The notes under the pieces are model-generated. The model was not told the origin of the DNA and ran no database searches. It saw only the letters and a list, made by a program, of their open reading frames with translations. Made by a program: the position numbers and the translations under genes. A stretch of DNA of 33,924 nt, from the NCBI GenBank assembly GCA_052390515.1, contig JBQTGV010000114.1, positions 1 through 33,924 on the forward strand, in the 5' to 3' direction. Every line of letters begins with the position of its first letter. Positions within the stretch are counted from its first letter, which is position 1. Of this stretch, positions 18,315 to 26,688 are shown piece by piece. Source of the stretch: Candidatus Eiseniibacteriota bacterium. Lineage in GTDB: Bacteria > ARS69.

Positions 18315-20777
18315 GTGCCCGACGTCCGCCCGGGGCCACCGGCCCCGACCAGGCCGAGCCGCCTGGCTCACCTCGCGCCCCTCGCTTACGTCGCCCTGTC
18401 CGTCGGGTTCCTGGCCGACGTCGCACTGAGCGGCCGCGCGTACGTGCTGCGCGACCTGGTCACCTTCTTCCATCCCTGGCAGAGCGCGGTGCGCGACGCC
18501 GTCGCGGGAGGGCATCTCCCGCTCTGGAACCACGACTCCTTCTGCGGCATGCCGCTCCTCGCCAACCTCCAGTCCGGGTTCTTCTATCCGCCGAACTGGC
18601 TCTACTGGTTCCTCTCGTTCGACATGGCACTCACCGCGGGAATGCTGCTGCACCTGACCGTCGCCGCGATCGCCATGCGCGCCTTCCTGCTGCGCGTCGG
18701 TCTCGCGCCGATGGCCTCTTTCGTGGGCGGCGCGCTGTTCGCGTACGGCACCTGGACCTTCGCGCACCTCGAGTTCCCCATGCAGCTCGGCGCCGCGGTC
18801 TGGCTGCCGCTCGCGTGGACGGGAATCTGGATGGCCATGCGCGAGGCCGAATCGCTCGGGGTCGTCCTCGCGGGCGGGGCGCTGACGCTCTCGCTGCTCT
18901 CCGGGTACCCGCAGATCACGTTCCTCGGATGCATCTCCGCATCGCTGCTCGCGGCAATGCTCGTTCCCGGCACTGTCCGCGCGAAGGGTCGCGCGCGCGC
19001 CGGCGTGCTCGCCTGGCCGGCGTCGGTCCTGCTCGCGCTGGCGCTCGCCGCCGTGCAGCTCCTGCCCGCGGCGGACATGGCCGAGCTCTCCACCAAGGCC
19101 GCGGCCTATCCGGCGGACGTGGCCATGAGCCGCTCGCTCCCCTGGATGGGGATCGTCGCCCTGTTCGATCCGTACTTCCACGGCCTGCCGGGCTTCGAGC
19201 GCTACTGGGGCGGTGACACCCAGGAGTTCGCGTTCGGCACCTTCTACATCGGAGTCGTCCCGCTCGTGTGGATCGCCGTCGGCGCTTTCCGAACGCTGGT
19301 GAGGCCGAAGCGCGTTCGCCGCGTGCGCCGCGAGGACTTCACCATTCCCGACGAGGAGACCGTGGTCCCGCCCGTCGTGACCTGGTTCCTGCTGGCCGGC
19401 GCGGTCTTCGCTCTCCTGCTCGCCCTCGGCAAGCACACGCCGCTGTACCCGCTGCTGCATGCCCACGTCCCCGGCTTCGCGCGCATCCGCTGGCCGGCCG
19501 CCGCGGGCTTCCTGATCGCCGTGCACCTCGCCGCGCTCGCCGCCGTCGGGTTCCGCGCCATCGTGCGGGACCGGGGGCGAATCCGGCTCGCCGCGCTCGC
19601 GACCCTGGCGATCGGCGCCTGGCTGCTCGTCGTGTGGATGCTCGCCAGCGGGCCGCTGGGCCGCCTCGTCGGGTCGATCCAGACCGCGGGCGCCGTTCCC
19701 TGGCAAGTCGACGCGCACGCCGCGGCGCGCGGCGAGTGGCTCGGCTCCCTGCTCACCCGCGCCGCCGTCGTGCTCGTGACCGGCGGGATCACCCTCGTGT
19801 TCCTGGACATCCGCTCCCGCGTCGGTCTCGCCTGGGTGTTGATGCTCCTCGCCGACCTCTTCCTGACGTCGCGCTGGTTCTCGTTCCCGTCCGCGAGCGG
19901 CTTCTACGACGAGGTGCCTGCCGCGGTCGTCGAGCTTCGCGAAGAGCTCGGCGGGCGAAGAGTCTACGTGCCGAACTCCACGTCGCAGCTGGGCAACTTC
20001 CTGTACGGCACGCGCAACCTCGACGCATTCCGCTGGGCGAAGCGCGCGCTCCTGTGCAACGCGAACATGCCCGCGGGTCTGAGCGCGGCTCACGGCTGCG
20101 ATCCCCTCGGCCCGCGCCGGCACGAGGCGTTCGCGCAGGCCTTCGCGGCGCCGGGGACGCCCTGGGAGATCAAGGAGCGGATCTTCGACCTGTGGGACGC
20201 AGGCCTGTACCTCGCCGCGCCCGGGGTCGACCCGCTCGCGGTCCCGCGCATCACCGATCCCGACCGGGGGATCGAGACCAGCCGCCACGAGCCGCAGCTC
20301 GGCCGCGCCATGCTGCTCGCCGACTGGCGGACGGTCGAGCCCGGTCCGGGAGTGCTCGAGGCGCTCTTCGCTCCGGATCACGATCCGGCGAACACGACCT
20401 TGCTGGAAGCCGTCACCGGAGCGGCGCCGCCGCGGGCACCGTCGCCGGCCGTCTCCAAGCGCGGCGAGATCCTCTCGCACGAGCTGGCGCCCAACGCCAT
20501 CCAGGTCTCGTGGCAGATCGGAGCCGCCGGCGTGCTCCGCGTCCTGGAGAGCTGGGATCCGGGCTGGACCGCGACCGTCAACGGCCAGCCCGCGCCGGTG
20601 CTGCGCGCGGACTTCCTGTTCCTGGCCGTGCCGGTCCCGGAGGGTCCATGCGACGTTCGCCTGACCTACCGGCCGGCGAGCCTGCGCACCGGCGCCGCCG
20701 TGTCCGCGGCCGGTATCGCCCTGCTCATCGCCTTCGCGGTATTCTCCGTGCCCCGACGAGCACAGAGGAAGGCGTGA
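18315..20777 (+). CDS. YfhO-family polytopic membrane protein (GT-C-like glycosyltransferase), 820 aa
   Basis: GHLPLWNHDSFCGMPLLANLQSGFFYPPNWL, LLSGYPQ, AAVQLLPA, FYIG, many TM helices, C-terminal ESWDPGWTATVNGQPAPVLRADFLFLAVPVPEG..VRLTYRP. Confidence 0.88.
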   Translation: MPDVRPGPPAPTRPSRLAHLAPLAYVALSVGFLADVALSGRAYVLRDLVTFFHPWQSAVRDAVAGGHLPLWNHDSFCGMPLLANLQSGFFYPPNWLYWFLSFDMALTAGMLLHLTVAAIAMRAFLLRVGLAPMASFVGGALFAYGTWTFAHLEFPMQLGAAVWLPLAWTGIWMAMREAESLGVVLAGGALTLSLLSGYPQITFLGCISASLLAAMLVPGTVRAKGRARAGVLAWPASVLLALALAAVQLLPAADMAELSTKAAAYPADVAMSRSLPWMGIVALFDPYFHGLPGFERYWGGDTQEFAFGTFYIGVVPLVWIAVGAFRTLVRPKRVRRVRREDFTIPDEETVVPPVVTWFLLAGAVFALLLALGKHTPLYPLLHAHVPGFARIRWPAAAGFLIAVHLAALAAVGFRAIVRDRGRIRLAALATLAIGAWLLVVWMLASGPLGRLVGSIQTAGAVPWQVDAHAAARGEWLGSLLTRAAVVLVTGGITLVFLDIRSRVGLAWVLMLLADLFLTSRWFSFPSASGFYDEVPAAVVELREELGGRRVYVPNSTSQLGNFLYGTRNLDAFRWAKRALLCNANMPAGLSAAHGCDPLGPRRHEAFAQAFAAPGTPWEIKERIFDLWDAGLYLAAPGVDPLAVPRITDPDRGIETSRHEPQLGRAMLLADWRTVEPGPGVLEALFAPDHDPANTTLLEAVTGAAPPRAPSPAVSKRGEILSHELAPNAIQVSWQIGAAGVLRVLESWDPGWTATVNGQPAPVLRADFLFLAVPVPEGPCDVRLTYRPASLRTGAAVSAAGIALLIAFAVFSVPRRAQRKA

Positions 20778-21238
20778 GCGCGGCGAACGGCAAAGTTCTT
20801 TCGATCAGCATCATCGAGCACGAGGGCGGCGAGCCGCGCGCGCTGAACGAAGTGCGCGTCGTCCAGGGGCGCGGCCTCGAAGGAGACCGCTACTGGGCGA
20901 AGTCCGCGACGGCCCCGCTGAAGCCCGATAACCAGGTCACGTTCATCGAGTCGGAGGCGATCGCGGCGTTGGCCCGCGACTACGGCATCGAGATCTCCGG
21001 AGCAGAGTCGCGCCGCAACGTCCTGACCGAGGGAGTGGCGCTCAACCACCTGGTGAATCGCCGCTTCCGCGTCGGCGAGTGCGTGTTCCTCGGGCGCGAC
21101 ATGGCCGAGCCCTGCGGCTACCTGGAGAGGAAGACGAAGCCGGGCGTCCGTCAGGGACTGATCCACCGCGGCGGCCTGCGCGCGGAGATCGTCACGGGCG
21201 GCGTGATCCGTGCCGGAGATGCGGTCGCGCCTTGGTGA
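20774..21238 (+). CDS. MOSC-domain protein, 154 aa
   Basis: GTGA overlap with the upstream stop; GLEGDRY, QVTFIESE, RRNVLTEG, EPCGYLE, RGGLRAEIVTGGVIRAGD. Confidence 0.88.
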   Translation: MSAANGKVLSISIIEHEGGEPRALNEVRVVQGRGLEGDRYWAKSATAPLKPDNQVTFIESEAIAALARDYGIEISGAESRRNVLTEGVALNHLVNRRFRVGECVFLGRDMAEPCGYLERKTKPGVRQGLIHRGGLRAEIVTGGVIRAGDAVAPW

Positions 21239-22446
21239 TCCGCGTGACGCTCGCGCTCTCCCTGGCCTCCCTTCTCGTCGGATGCGCCGAGCCCAGGCGC
21301 CCGCCGAACCTCGTCCTCATCGTGGTGGACGCGCTCCGCGCCGACGCACTAGGTTGCTACGGCAATCCCGACGGAGCGTCGCCGGTGCTCGACGCACTGG
21401 CCGTGCGCGGCGTGCAGTTCCAGAGCTGCGTGGCGCAGGCACCGTGGGCGGTGGCGTCCCTCGCCACGATCCTCACTGGCCGCTACCCTTCAGGCCACGG
21501 GGCGAACTTCCCGGGACGACCGATCGCGCCGGGAGTGCCGCTGCTGGCCGAGGCGATCGCGCCGAGCGGCCGGGACGCCGGGGCGGTGGCGGGCATCGGT
21601 CTGGCGCTCGCCGAGCACGGGCTCGACCGCGGCTTCGCCTGGAGCGATGACTTCGGCGCCGGCGATGACGTCGGCGCCGGCAGGAGCGGGAGCGCCGCCG
21701 CGGACTCCGTGGCCCGCGCGGCCGCGGACCGGGTCGACTCTCTCGGGAAGCGTCCGTTCTTCCTGCTGATGGCGTGCTCCGTCGGAGTTCCGGACCCGGA
21801 TGCGCCGCCAGCCGAGCGCCGCGAGCACTACCGGGAGGGCGTGCGCGCCGCCGACCGCGCCCTCGGACGGCTCCTCCACCGACTGCAACGGGCCGGCAGG
21901 CTCGACGACACGATCTTCCTGGTCACGGCGAGTCGCGGTGAGGCGCTCGGCGGGTACGCCCAGTTGCCGAGCTCGCGCAACCCGCACGCCGAAGTGCTGG
22001 AGGTGCCGCTCCTCGTCGGTGCGCCCGGCCGCGTCGCGCGGGAGCTTCGCACCGATCCGGCGATGCTGGTGGACGTCTTGCCCACGGTGCTGCAGCTCCT
22101 CGGCCAGGCTCCGACGCGGACCGCGGGGCGCGGGCTTCTCGGGCCGAACCGCTCCGAGCGGCCACTCTACGCGGAGGTCGTCGCGCCCCACGCCAACGAG
22201 CGCTGCGTCGCGCTGGGCGGATGGAAGGCCGTGCACGATCGGCTGACCGGTGATTGGCGGCTCTACGACCTGACCGCCGATCCGGGGGAGACGCTGGACC
22301 TGGCCGCGTCCCGGCCGGACGTGCTGGAGAGGCTGCGTGAGGCGATGCCGGAGCCGGGGACCTTCGACGTCTCCGCGGACGAATCGAGCGCCTGGCTGCG
22401 AGCGGAGGAGAAGTCGCGCCTTCAAAGGTTGAGCTACCCGGAGTAG
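21235..22446 (+). CDS. Sulfatase/alkaline-phosphatase-fold lipoprotein with degenerate active site, 403 aa
   Basis: GTGA overlap; lipobox LVGC; PNLVLIVVDALRADALGCYG, ILTGRYPSGHG, VDVLPTVL, LYDLTADPGE, LQRLSY. Confidence 0.82.
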   Translation: MIRVTLALSLASLLVGCAEPRRPPNLVLIVVDALRADALGCYGNPDGASPVLDALAVRGVQFQSCVAQAPWAVASLATILTGRYPSGHGANFPGRPIAPGVPLLAEAIAPSGRDAGAVAGIGLALAEHGLDRGFAWSDDFGAGDDVGAGRSGSAAADSVARAAADRVDSLGKRPFFLLMACSVGVPDPDAPPAERREHYREGVRAADRALGRLLHRLQRAGRLDDTIFLVTASRGEALGGYAQLPSSRNPHAEVLEVPLLVGAPGRVARELRTDPAMLVDVLPTVLQLLGQAPTRTAGRGLLGPNRSERPLYAEVVAPHANERCVALGGWKAVHDRLTGDWRLYDLTADPGETLDLAASRPDVLERLREAMPEPGTFDVSADESSAWLRAEEKSRLQRLSYPE

Positions 22447-22480
22447 CACCACCCGAGGGACGCCTCGAGGATCGGTCGAG

Positions 22481-22509
22481 TTGCTCCGCGTCCGTACGCA
22501 CCGTATGCT
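22481..22509 (+). promoter_or_regulatory. Sigma70-type promoter giving a probable leaderless ispH mRNA
   Basis: TTGCTC, N17, TATGCT, then 7 nt to ATG 22517 with no SD. Confidence 0.55.
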
Positions 22510-22516
22510 GGACGCA

Positions 22517-23467
22517 ATGTCCGCCACGACCCTTGCCGAGCTCCAGATCATCGTCGCGCACAGCGCGGGGACCTGCTTCGGCGTCGAGGACGCGATCGAG
22601 CTGGCCGAGGACAAGAAGCAGCCGATCCTCGGCCCGATCGTGCACAATCCCATCGTCGTGGAAAGCCTGGCGCAGCAGGGCATCCCCATCCTGGAGCGCT
22701 ACTCCGACCTCGAGAGCCTGGAGCGGCTCGGCGTCCGCGAAGTCGTGATCACCGCGCACGGCTATCCGAAGGAGCTCAAGGCGGACCTCGACCGGCGCGG
22801 CATCACGTTCCACGACGCGACCTGCCCCGTCCTGCTCAAGTGGGTGTACGGCAAGATCCGCACGTTCGAGGCCGACGGCTACCGCGTCATCCTCGTCGGC
22901 AACCCGGACCACGCCGAGATCATCGCCTCCCGCTCGTACGGGCGCGACATCCATGTCGTCTACTCGAGCGAAGAGGTCGCTTCTCTGCCGGACGATCTCG
23001 GCGAAAAGACCGTGGCCATCTGCCAGACCACGATCACCCGCGAGAAGTTTCAGTCGCTGGTCGACGAGATCCGGCGCACGAAGTATCCGGCGCTCAAGGC
23101 TATCGACACGCGCTGCAAGCCGGTGAAGAACCAGCAGGAAGCGGTGGAACGGCTGGCGCAGTGGGTGGACGCGATGATCATCGTCGGCGGATTCGATTCG
23201 TCGAACACGACGAACCTCGCGCGCATCTCGCGCAAGTACCTGCCCGAGCGGACGCACCACATCGACTCCGTGGAGGCTGTGGACCGCGCCTGGCTCGGCG
23301 GCGTGCGGCACCTCGGCATCGGCGGCGGCACGTCGACCCCCAAGAACCAGATCCAGGCCGTGGCAGCGCGCATCGCCGAGCTTCACGGTGGCCCCGTCTC
23401 GTTCCTCCGCGAGGACCGGGACGGCGACGTCGTGAAGGAAGACTTCGGCGAAGGCGACGAGGTCTGA
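22517..23467 (+). CDS. ispH: 4-hydroxy-3-methylbut-2-enyl diphosphate reductase (IspH/LytB), 316 aa
   Basis: Three Fe-S cysteines (GTCFGV, DATCP, DTRCK), IVHN, TAHG, DHAE, QTT, SSNT, GTSTP. Confidence 0.9.
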   Translation: MSATTLAELQIIVAHSAGTCFGVEDAIELAEDKKQPILGPIVHNPIVVESLAQQGIPILERYSDLESLERLGVREVVITAHGYPKELKADLDRRGITFHDATCPVLLKWVYGKIRTFEADGYRVILVGNPDHAEIIASRSYGRDIHVVYSSEEVASLPDDLGEKTVAICQTTITREKFQSLVDEIRRTKYPALKAIDTRCKPVKNQQEAVERLAQWVDAMIIVGGFDSSNTTNLARISRKYLPERTHHIDSVEAVDRAWLGGVRHLGIGGGTSTPKNQIQAVAARIAELHGGPVSFLREDRDGDVVKEDFGEGDEV

Positions 23468-23474
23468 GCGCGTC

Positions 23475-24185
23475 GTGCCGGCCGGTGCCCACCGCCTCGC
23501 GTTCGTGAAGGTGCTCGCCGCCATGGCCTGGGCGGACGGCGTCGTCGACGAGGACGAGCGCAACCGCATCAAGGTCCTTCTGAACCGCTTCTCTCCGGAT
23601 CCCGCCGAGCGACGGGAGGCGGAGGCGCTGCTCGCCTCGCCCGTTCCCTTCGACGAGGCGTTGCGCCTCACCAAGGACTTCGCAGGGCGCCTGGCTCCGC
23701 CCGGCGCGCGCCGCGAGCTGCTGAACGAGATCGAGGCCCTGCTCGGCGACGCCGGCTCGCGGGCCGAAGGAGAGCGCGAGCTCCTGAAGCACGTGCGCGC
23801 CATCCTGGGCGCGCACACGCCGGTGGACGGCCTGGCCGAGAAGCTCCGAGGCCTCTTCGGGAAGACGCTGTTCGCCGGCCGGAAGGAGAAGGGCGACGGG
23901 ACCGTGGACCACGCGAAGCTGCGCGACGCGCTCCTCGCCGCGGTGGACGAGGCGAAGGACCGCGACACGGACACGGTCCAGCGCATCGCCGCGGAGTACA
24001 ACCGCGTCGCGTCGATGGACGAGCGCCTGGCGATGCTGGGCGCGCTCTTCGCCACGGCCGCGGCCGACCACGTCGTGTCCCGGGAGGAGGCCGAGCGCAT
24101 TCGCAAGATCGCCGACCTCCTGTGGATCTCGAACCCGGAGTACCTCGCCGTCCGGCATCGCTACCGGGATCGCATCGCGTCGTGA
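23475..24185 (+). CDS. Tandem TerB-domain protein
   Basis: Two TerB motifs: AMAWADGVVDEDERNRI and TAAADHVVSREEAERIRKIADLL. Confidence 0.8.
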   Translation: MPAGAHRLAFVKVLAAMAWADGVVDEDERNRIKVLLNRFSPDPAERREAEALLASPVPFDEALRLTKDFAGRLAPPGARRELLNEIEALLGDAGSRAEGERELLKHVRAILGAHTPVDGLAEKLRGLFGKTLFAGRKEKGDGTVDHAKLRDALLAAVDEAKDRDTDTVQRIAAEYNRVASMDERLAMLGALFATAAADHVVSREEAERIRKIADLLWISNPEYLAVRHRYRDRIAS

Positions 24186-25762
24186 CGGCCGCGTCGCTCC
24201 GCCGGGCCGCCGCGTGTCCTGCGGCGGTGGCGCTGCCGCTCCTGCTCGCCCTCGTGCTGGCCGCCCGCACCGTGACCCGCGACTCCTGCACGGTCGACGA
24301 GTTCGGCAACCTCCCGCTCACCGTCGTGTACTGGTCCGGCGGCGGCATGCACATCGACCGCGGCAACCCTCCGCTCACGCGCTGGATCCAGGGCATCGCG
24401 CTGCTGCCCGAGCGCCCCGATCCCGGCGCCTCCCGTGAGGAGCTTGCCGGCATCGAGACGTCCTGGGACCTCGGCTACCGCTTCGAGCGCGCCCACCGCG
24501 ACGACTACCACCGCCTCCTGGTGCGCGCGCGAGCCGGATCGCTCCTGCTGCTGCTGCTCACGGTGGCCGGCGTGTGGCGGTGGGGGCGGGACGTCGCCGG
24601 CCCGGGAGCCGGGCTCGGCGCGGGGCTGCTCGCCGCAGCGTCGCCGAATCTGATCGCGCACGGGAGGCTGGTGACACCGGACGTCGGCGTGGCCTGCTTC
24701 ACGGTATGGGCCGCGTACGCCGCGTGGCGCGCACGGGCGTCCGGCTCGACGGCCGCCACCGCCGCCGCCGGCGTGCTGGCCGGCGCGGCTGCGCTCGCCA
24801 AGTTCAGCGGGCTGCTGCTCCTTCCGGTCCTCGCGCTCGCGGTGCGCCCCTCGCGCGCCTGGATCTTCGCGGCCGGCGCGCTGCTCGTGATCTACGCGGG
24901 ATACGGCTTCGCGCCGCCGGGGCCGCTGCGCGGCGTTCCGACTCCGCTGCCCGCGCCGCTCGCCGCCGGGCTCGAGGCGCAGCTCGACGAGCCGCCCTAC
25001 CCCGCGTACCTCCTCGGCGAGAACCGCGAGGGCGGCTGGCCGTGGTACTACGCGGTCGCCTTCCTGGTGAAGGTGCCCCTCCCTGAGCTGCTGCTCTTCG
25101 CGCTCGCCGCGCTCGCCGCGTGGCGGGAACGCCGCGCCGCGGTCCTGCTTCCCTGGATCGTCGCCGCGGCCTTCTTCGCCGCGTTCGGATTCGGCGCGAA
25201 GAAGAACATCGGCGTGCGCTACCTGCTGCCGGTCCTTCCGCTCCTCTACGTGGCCGCCACGGCCGCCCTGGCCTCGGCGCGCCCGCGGCTGCGCCGCGCC
25301 GCCTTCGCGCTCGTCGGTCTGGCCGTCGTCTCCGGCGTGGCGGCGAGCGCCGCCCCGCTGGCCGCGTTCAACGGCGTCGAGCGCTTCCTCGGCGGCAAGC
25401 GCGCCGTGCTCGTCGACTCCAACCTGGACTGGGGGCAGGCTCTCCCCGACCTCCGCGATTGGATGGCGCGCGAGGGAATCGAGAGCGTCCGCCTCGCGTA
25501 CTTCGGGCGGATCGACCCGTCGATCTACGGTATCTCCTGGAGGTCCCTGCCCTCGCAGCCGGTCTCCGGACCGGTGGCCGTCAGCGCGACGCTCGCCGCG
25601 GGACGGCCCTACGTCGTACGGTTCAAGGAGCGGCCCTTCCTCGAACCGGAGATCGCCTGGAGCGATTCCTCGACTTGGAGTTGGCTCCGCGGCCTCGAGC
25701 CGGACGAAGAGCTCGGCGGAGGAGCGATGCTCGTGTGGAAGGACATGGGGGCAAAGCGATGA
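24182..25762 (+). CDS. GT-C / family 39 (ArnT/PMT-like) membrane glycosyltransferase, 526 aa
   Basis: GTGA overlap; TVDE acidic pair after TM1, NPPL, HGRLVTPD, LAKFSG, GVRYLLP, DSNLDWGQ. Confidence 0.85.
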   Translation: MTAASLRRAAACPAAVALPLLLALVLAARTVTRDSCTVDEFGNLPLTVVYWSGGGMHIDRGNPPLTRWIQGIALLPERPDPGASREELAGIETSWDLGYRFERAHRDDYHRLLVRARAGSLLLLLLTVAGVWRWGRDVAGPGAGLGAGLLAAASPNLIAHGRLVTPDVGVACFTVWAAYAAWRARASGSTAATAAAGVLAGAAALAKFSGLLLLPVLALAVRPSRAWIFAAGALLVIYAGYGFAPPGPLRGVPTPLPAPLAAGLEAQLDEPPYPAYLLGENREGGWPWYYAVAFLVKVPLPELLLFALAALAAWRERRAAVLLPWIVAAAFFAAFGFGAKKNIGVRYLLPVLPLLYVAATAALASARPRLRRAAFALVGLAVVSGVAASAAPLAAFNGVERFLGGKRAVLVDSNLDWGQALPDLRDWMAREGIESVRLAYFGRIDPSIYGISWRSLPSQPVSGPVAVSATLAAGRPYVVRFKERPFLEPEIAWSDSSTWSWLRGLEPDEELGGGAMLVWKDMGAKR

Positions 25763-26331
25763 CCAGCGAGCGGATCCGTTCCGCGATCGAGCTTTCCGTG
25801 GAGCTGCACGGCGGTCAGAGCCGGCGTGGATCGGGCGCGCCGTACGTCTTCCATCCGTTCGCCGTGGCCGGCCTCGTCGCCGACTCCGGCGGGAGCGAGG
25901 ATCAGATCGTCGCGGCGCTCCTCCACGACGTGGTGGAGGACGCGGGCGGGGCGCCGGTCCGCGCGGAGATCGCCCGGCGCTTCGGCGAGCCCGTCGCGCG
26001 ATTGATCGACGCCGCCTCCGACACGGACGTCACGCCGAAGCCGCCGTGGCGCCAGCGCAAGGAGGCATTCATCGCGCGGCTCACGGGCGAAGGTCCGGAC
26101 GTGCGCCTGGTGGTCGCCGCCGACAAGCTGCACAACGTGCGCTCTCTCGCGCGGGACCTGCGCGTGCACGGCCCGGCGGTGTGGTCCCGGTTCCGCGGTG
26201 GACGCGACGGATCGCTCTGGTACTACGTCGCCGTGGCCGCCGCGCTGAGCGAGGGCTGGAGTCATCCGCTGCTGGACGAGCTGTCCCGCGCCGTGGCGGA
26301 ACTGCGGAGCGTCGCCACAGAAGGGGCTTGA
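25759..26331 (+). CDS. Stand-alone RSH-type HD hydrolase (Mesh1-like small alarmone hydrolase), 190 aa
   Basis: ATGA overlap; HGGQSRRGSGAPYVFHP, AALLHDVVED, WRQRKEAFI, ADKLHNVRS; no synthetase domain. Confidence 0.85.
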   Translation: MTSERIRSAIELSVELHGGQSRRGSGAPYVFHPFAVAGLVADSGGSEDQIVAALLHDVVEDAGGAPVRAEIARRFGEPVARLIDAASDTDVTPKPPWRQRKEAFIARLTGEGPDVRLVVAADKLHNVRSLARDLRVHGPAVWSRFRGGRDGSLWYYVAVAAALSEGWSHPLLDELSRAVAELRSVATEGA

Positions 26332-26358
26332 CTCCGGAGGGTCCGAATCCGTTAATTC
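26328..26358 (+). promoter_or_regulatory. Possible promoter for the metal-uptake operon (leaderless uORF mRNA)
   Basis: TTGACT (26328-26333), then an AT-rich TTAATTC (26352-26358) a few nt before ATG 26364; no SD. The -10 match is imperfect. Confidence 0.4.
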
Positions 26359-26363
26359 TCGCC

Positions 26364-26651
26364 ATGCGAAGGTCGCGCTGGATCGGGCTGCTGTCGCTGC
26401 TCGCCCTGCTCGCCGGGCCGATGGGCCTGGAGGCCGTCGCGCACGACGCGCACCACGAGTCGTCCGCGTCCCCCGACGACGATTGCCCGCTGTGCGTCGC
26501 GGCGAAGACGCTCGCCGTGGACGTGGTTCCGCAGGCCCCCGCGCTCGGCGCGGAGCTGTCGTCCCACGCGCCACCGCTTCCGGACGCGGAGCATGTCGCG
26601 CACTTCGCCCCCGCAGCGCGTCGCGGTCGCTCCCCTCCTCTGTCCACCTGA
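26364..26651 (+). CDS. DUF2946/CruR/CutF-like regulatory leader protein: signal sequence, His-rich CxxC, C-terminal RSPP; 95 aa
   Basis: MRRSRWIGLLSLLALLAGPMGLEAVAHDAHHESSASPDDDCPLCVAA...ARRGRSPPLST, immediately upstream of metal-uptake genes. Confidence 0.8.
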   Translation: MRRSRWIGLLSLLALLAGPMGLEAVAHDAHHESSASPDDDCPLCVAAKTLAVDVVPQAPALGAELSSHAPPLPDAEHVAHFAPAARRGRSPPLST

Positions 26652-26688
26652 TCGGATTCGTTCCTCAATCCATTCAGGAGGGCAACCC

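Noticed and set aside
25759-26331. HD protein as antitoxin of a toxSAS module or as a Cas3-type HD nuclease
   Set aside because: No alarmone synthetase, cas gene or CRISPR array nearby; motifs fit Mesh1-like hydrolases.
26364-26651. The 95-aa His/Cys ORF as a second RiPP precursor or c-type cytochrome
   Set aside because: No adjacent maturase, and CPLCV lacks the CxxCH histidine; a regulatory leader explains it better.
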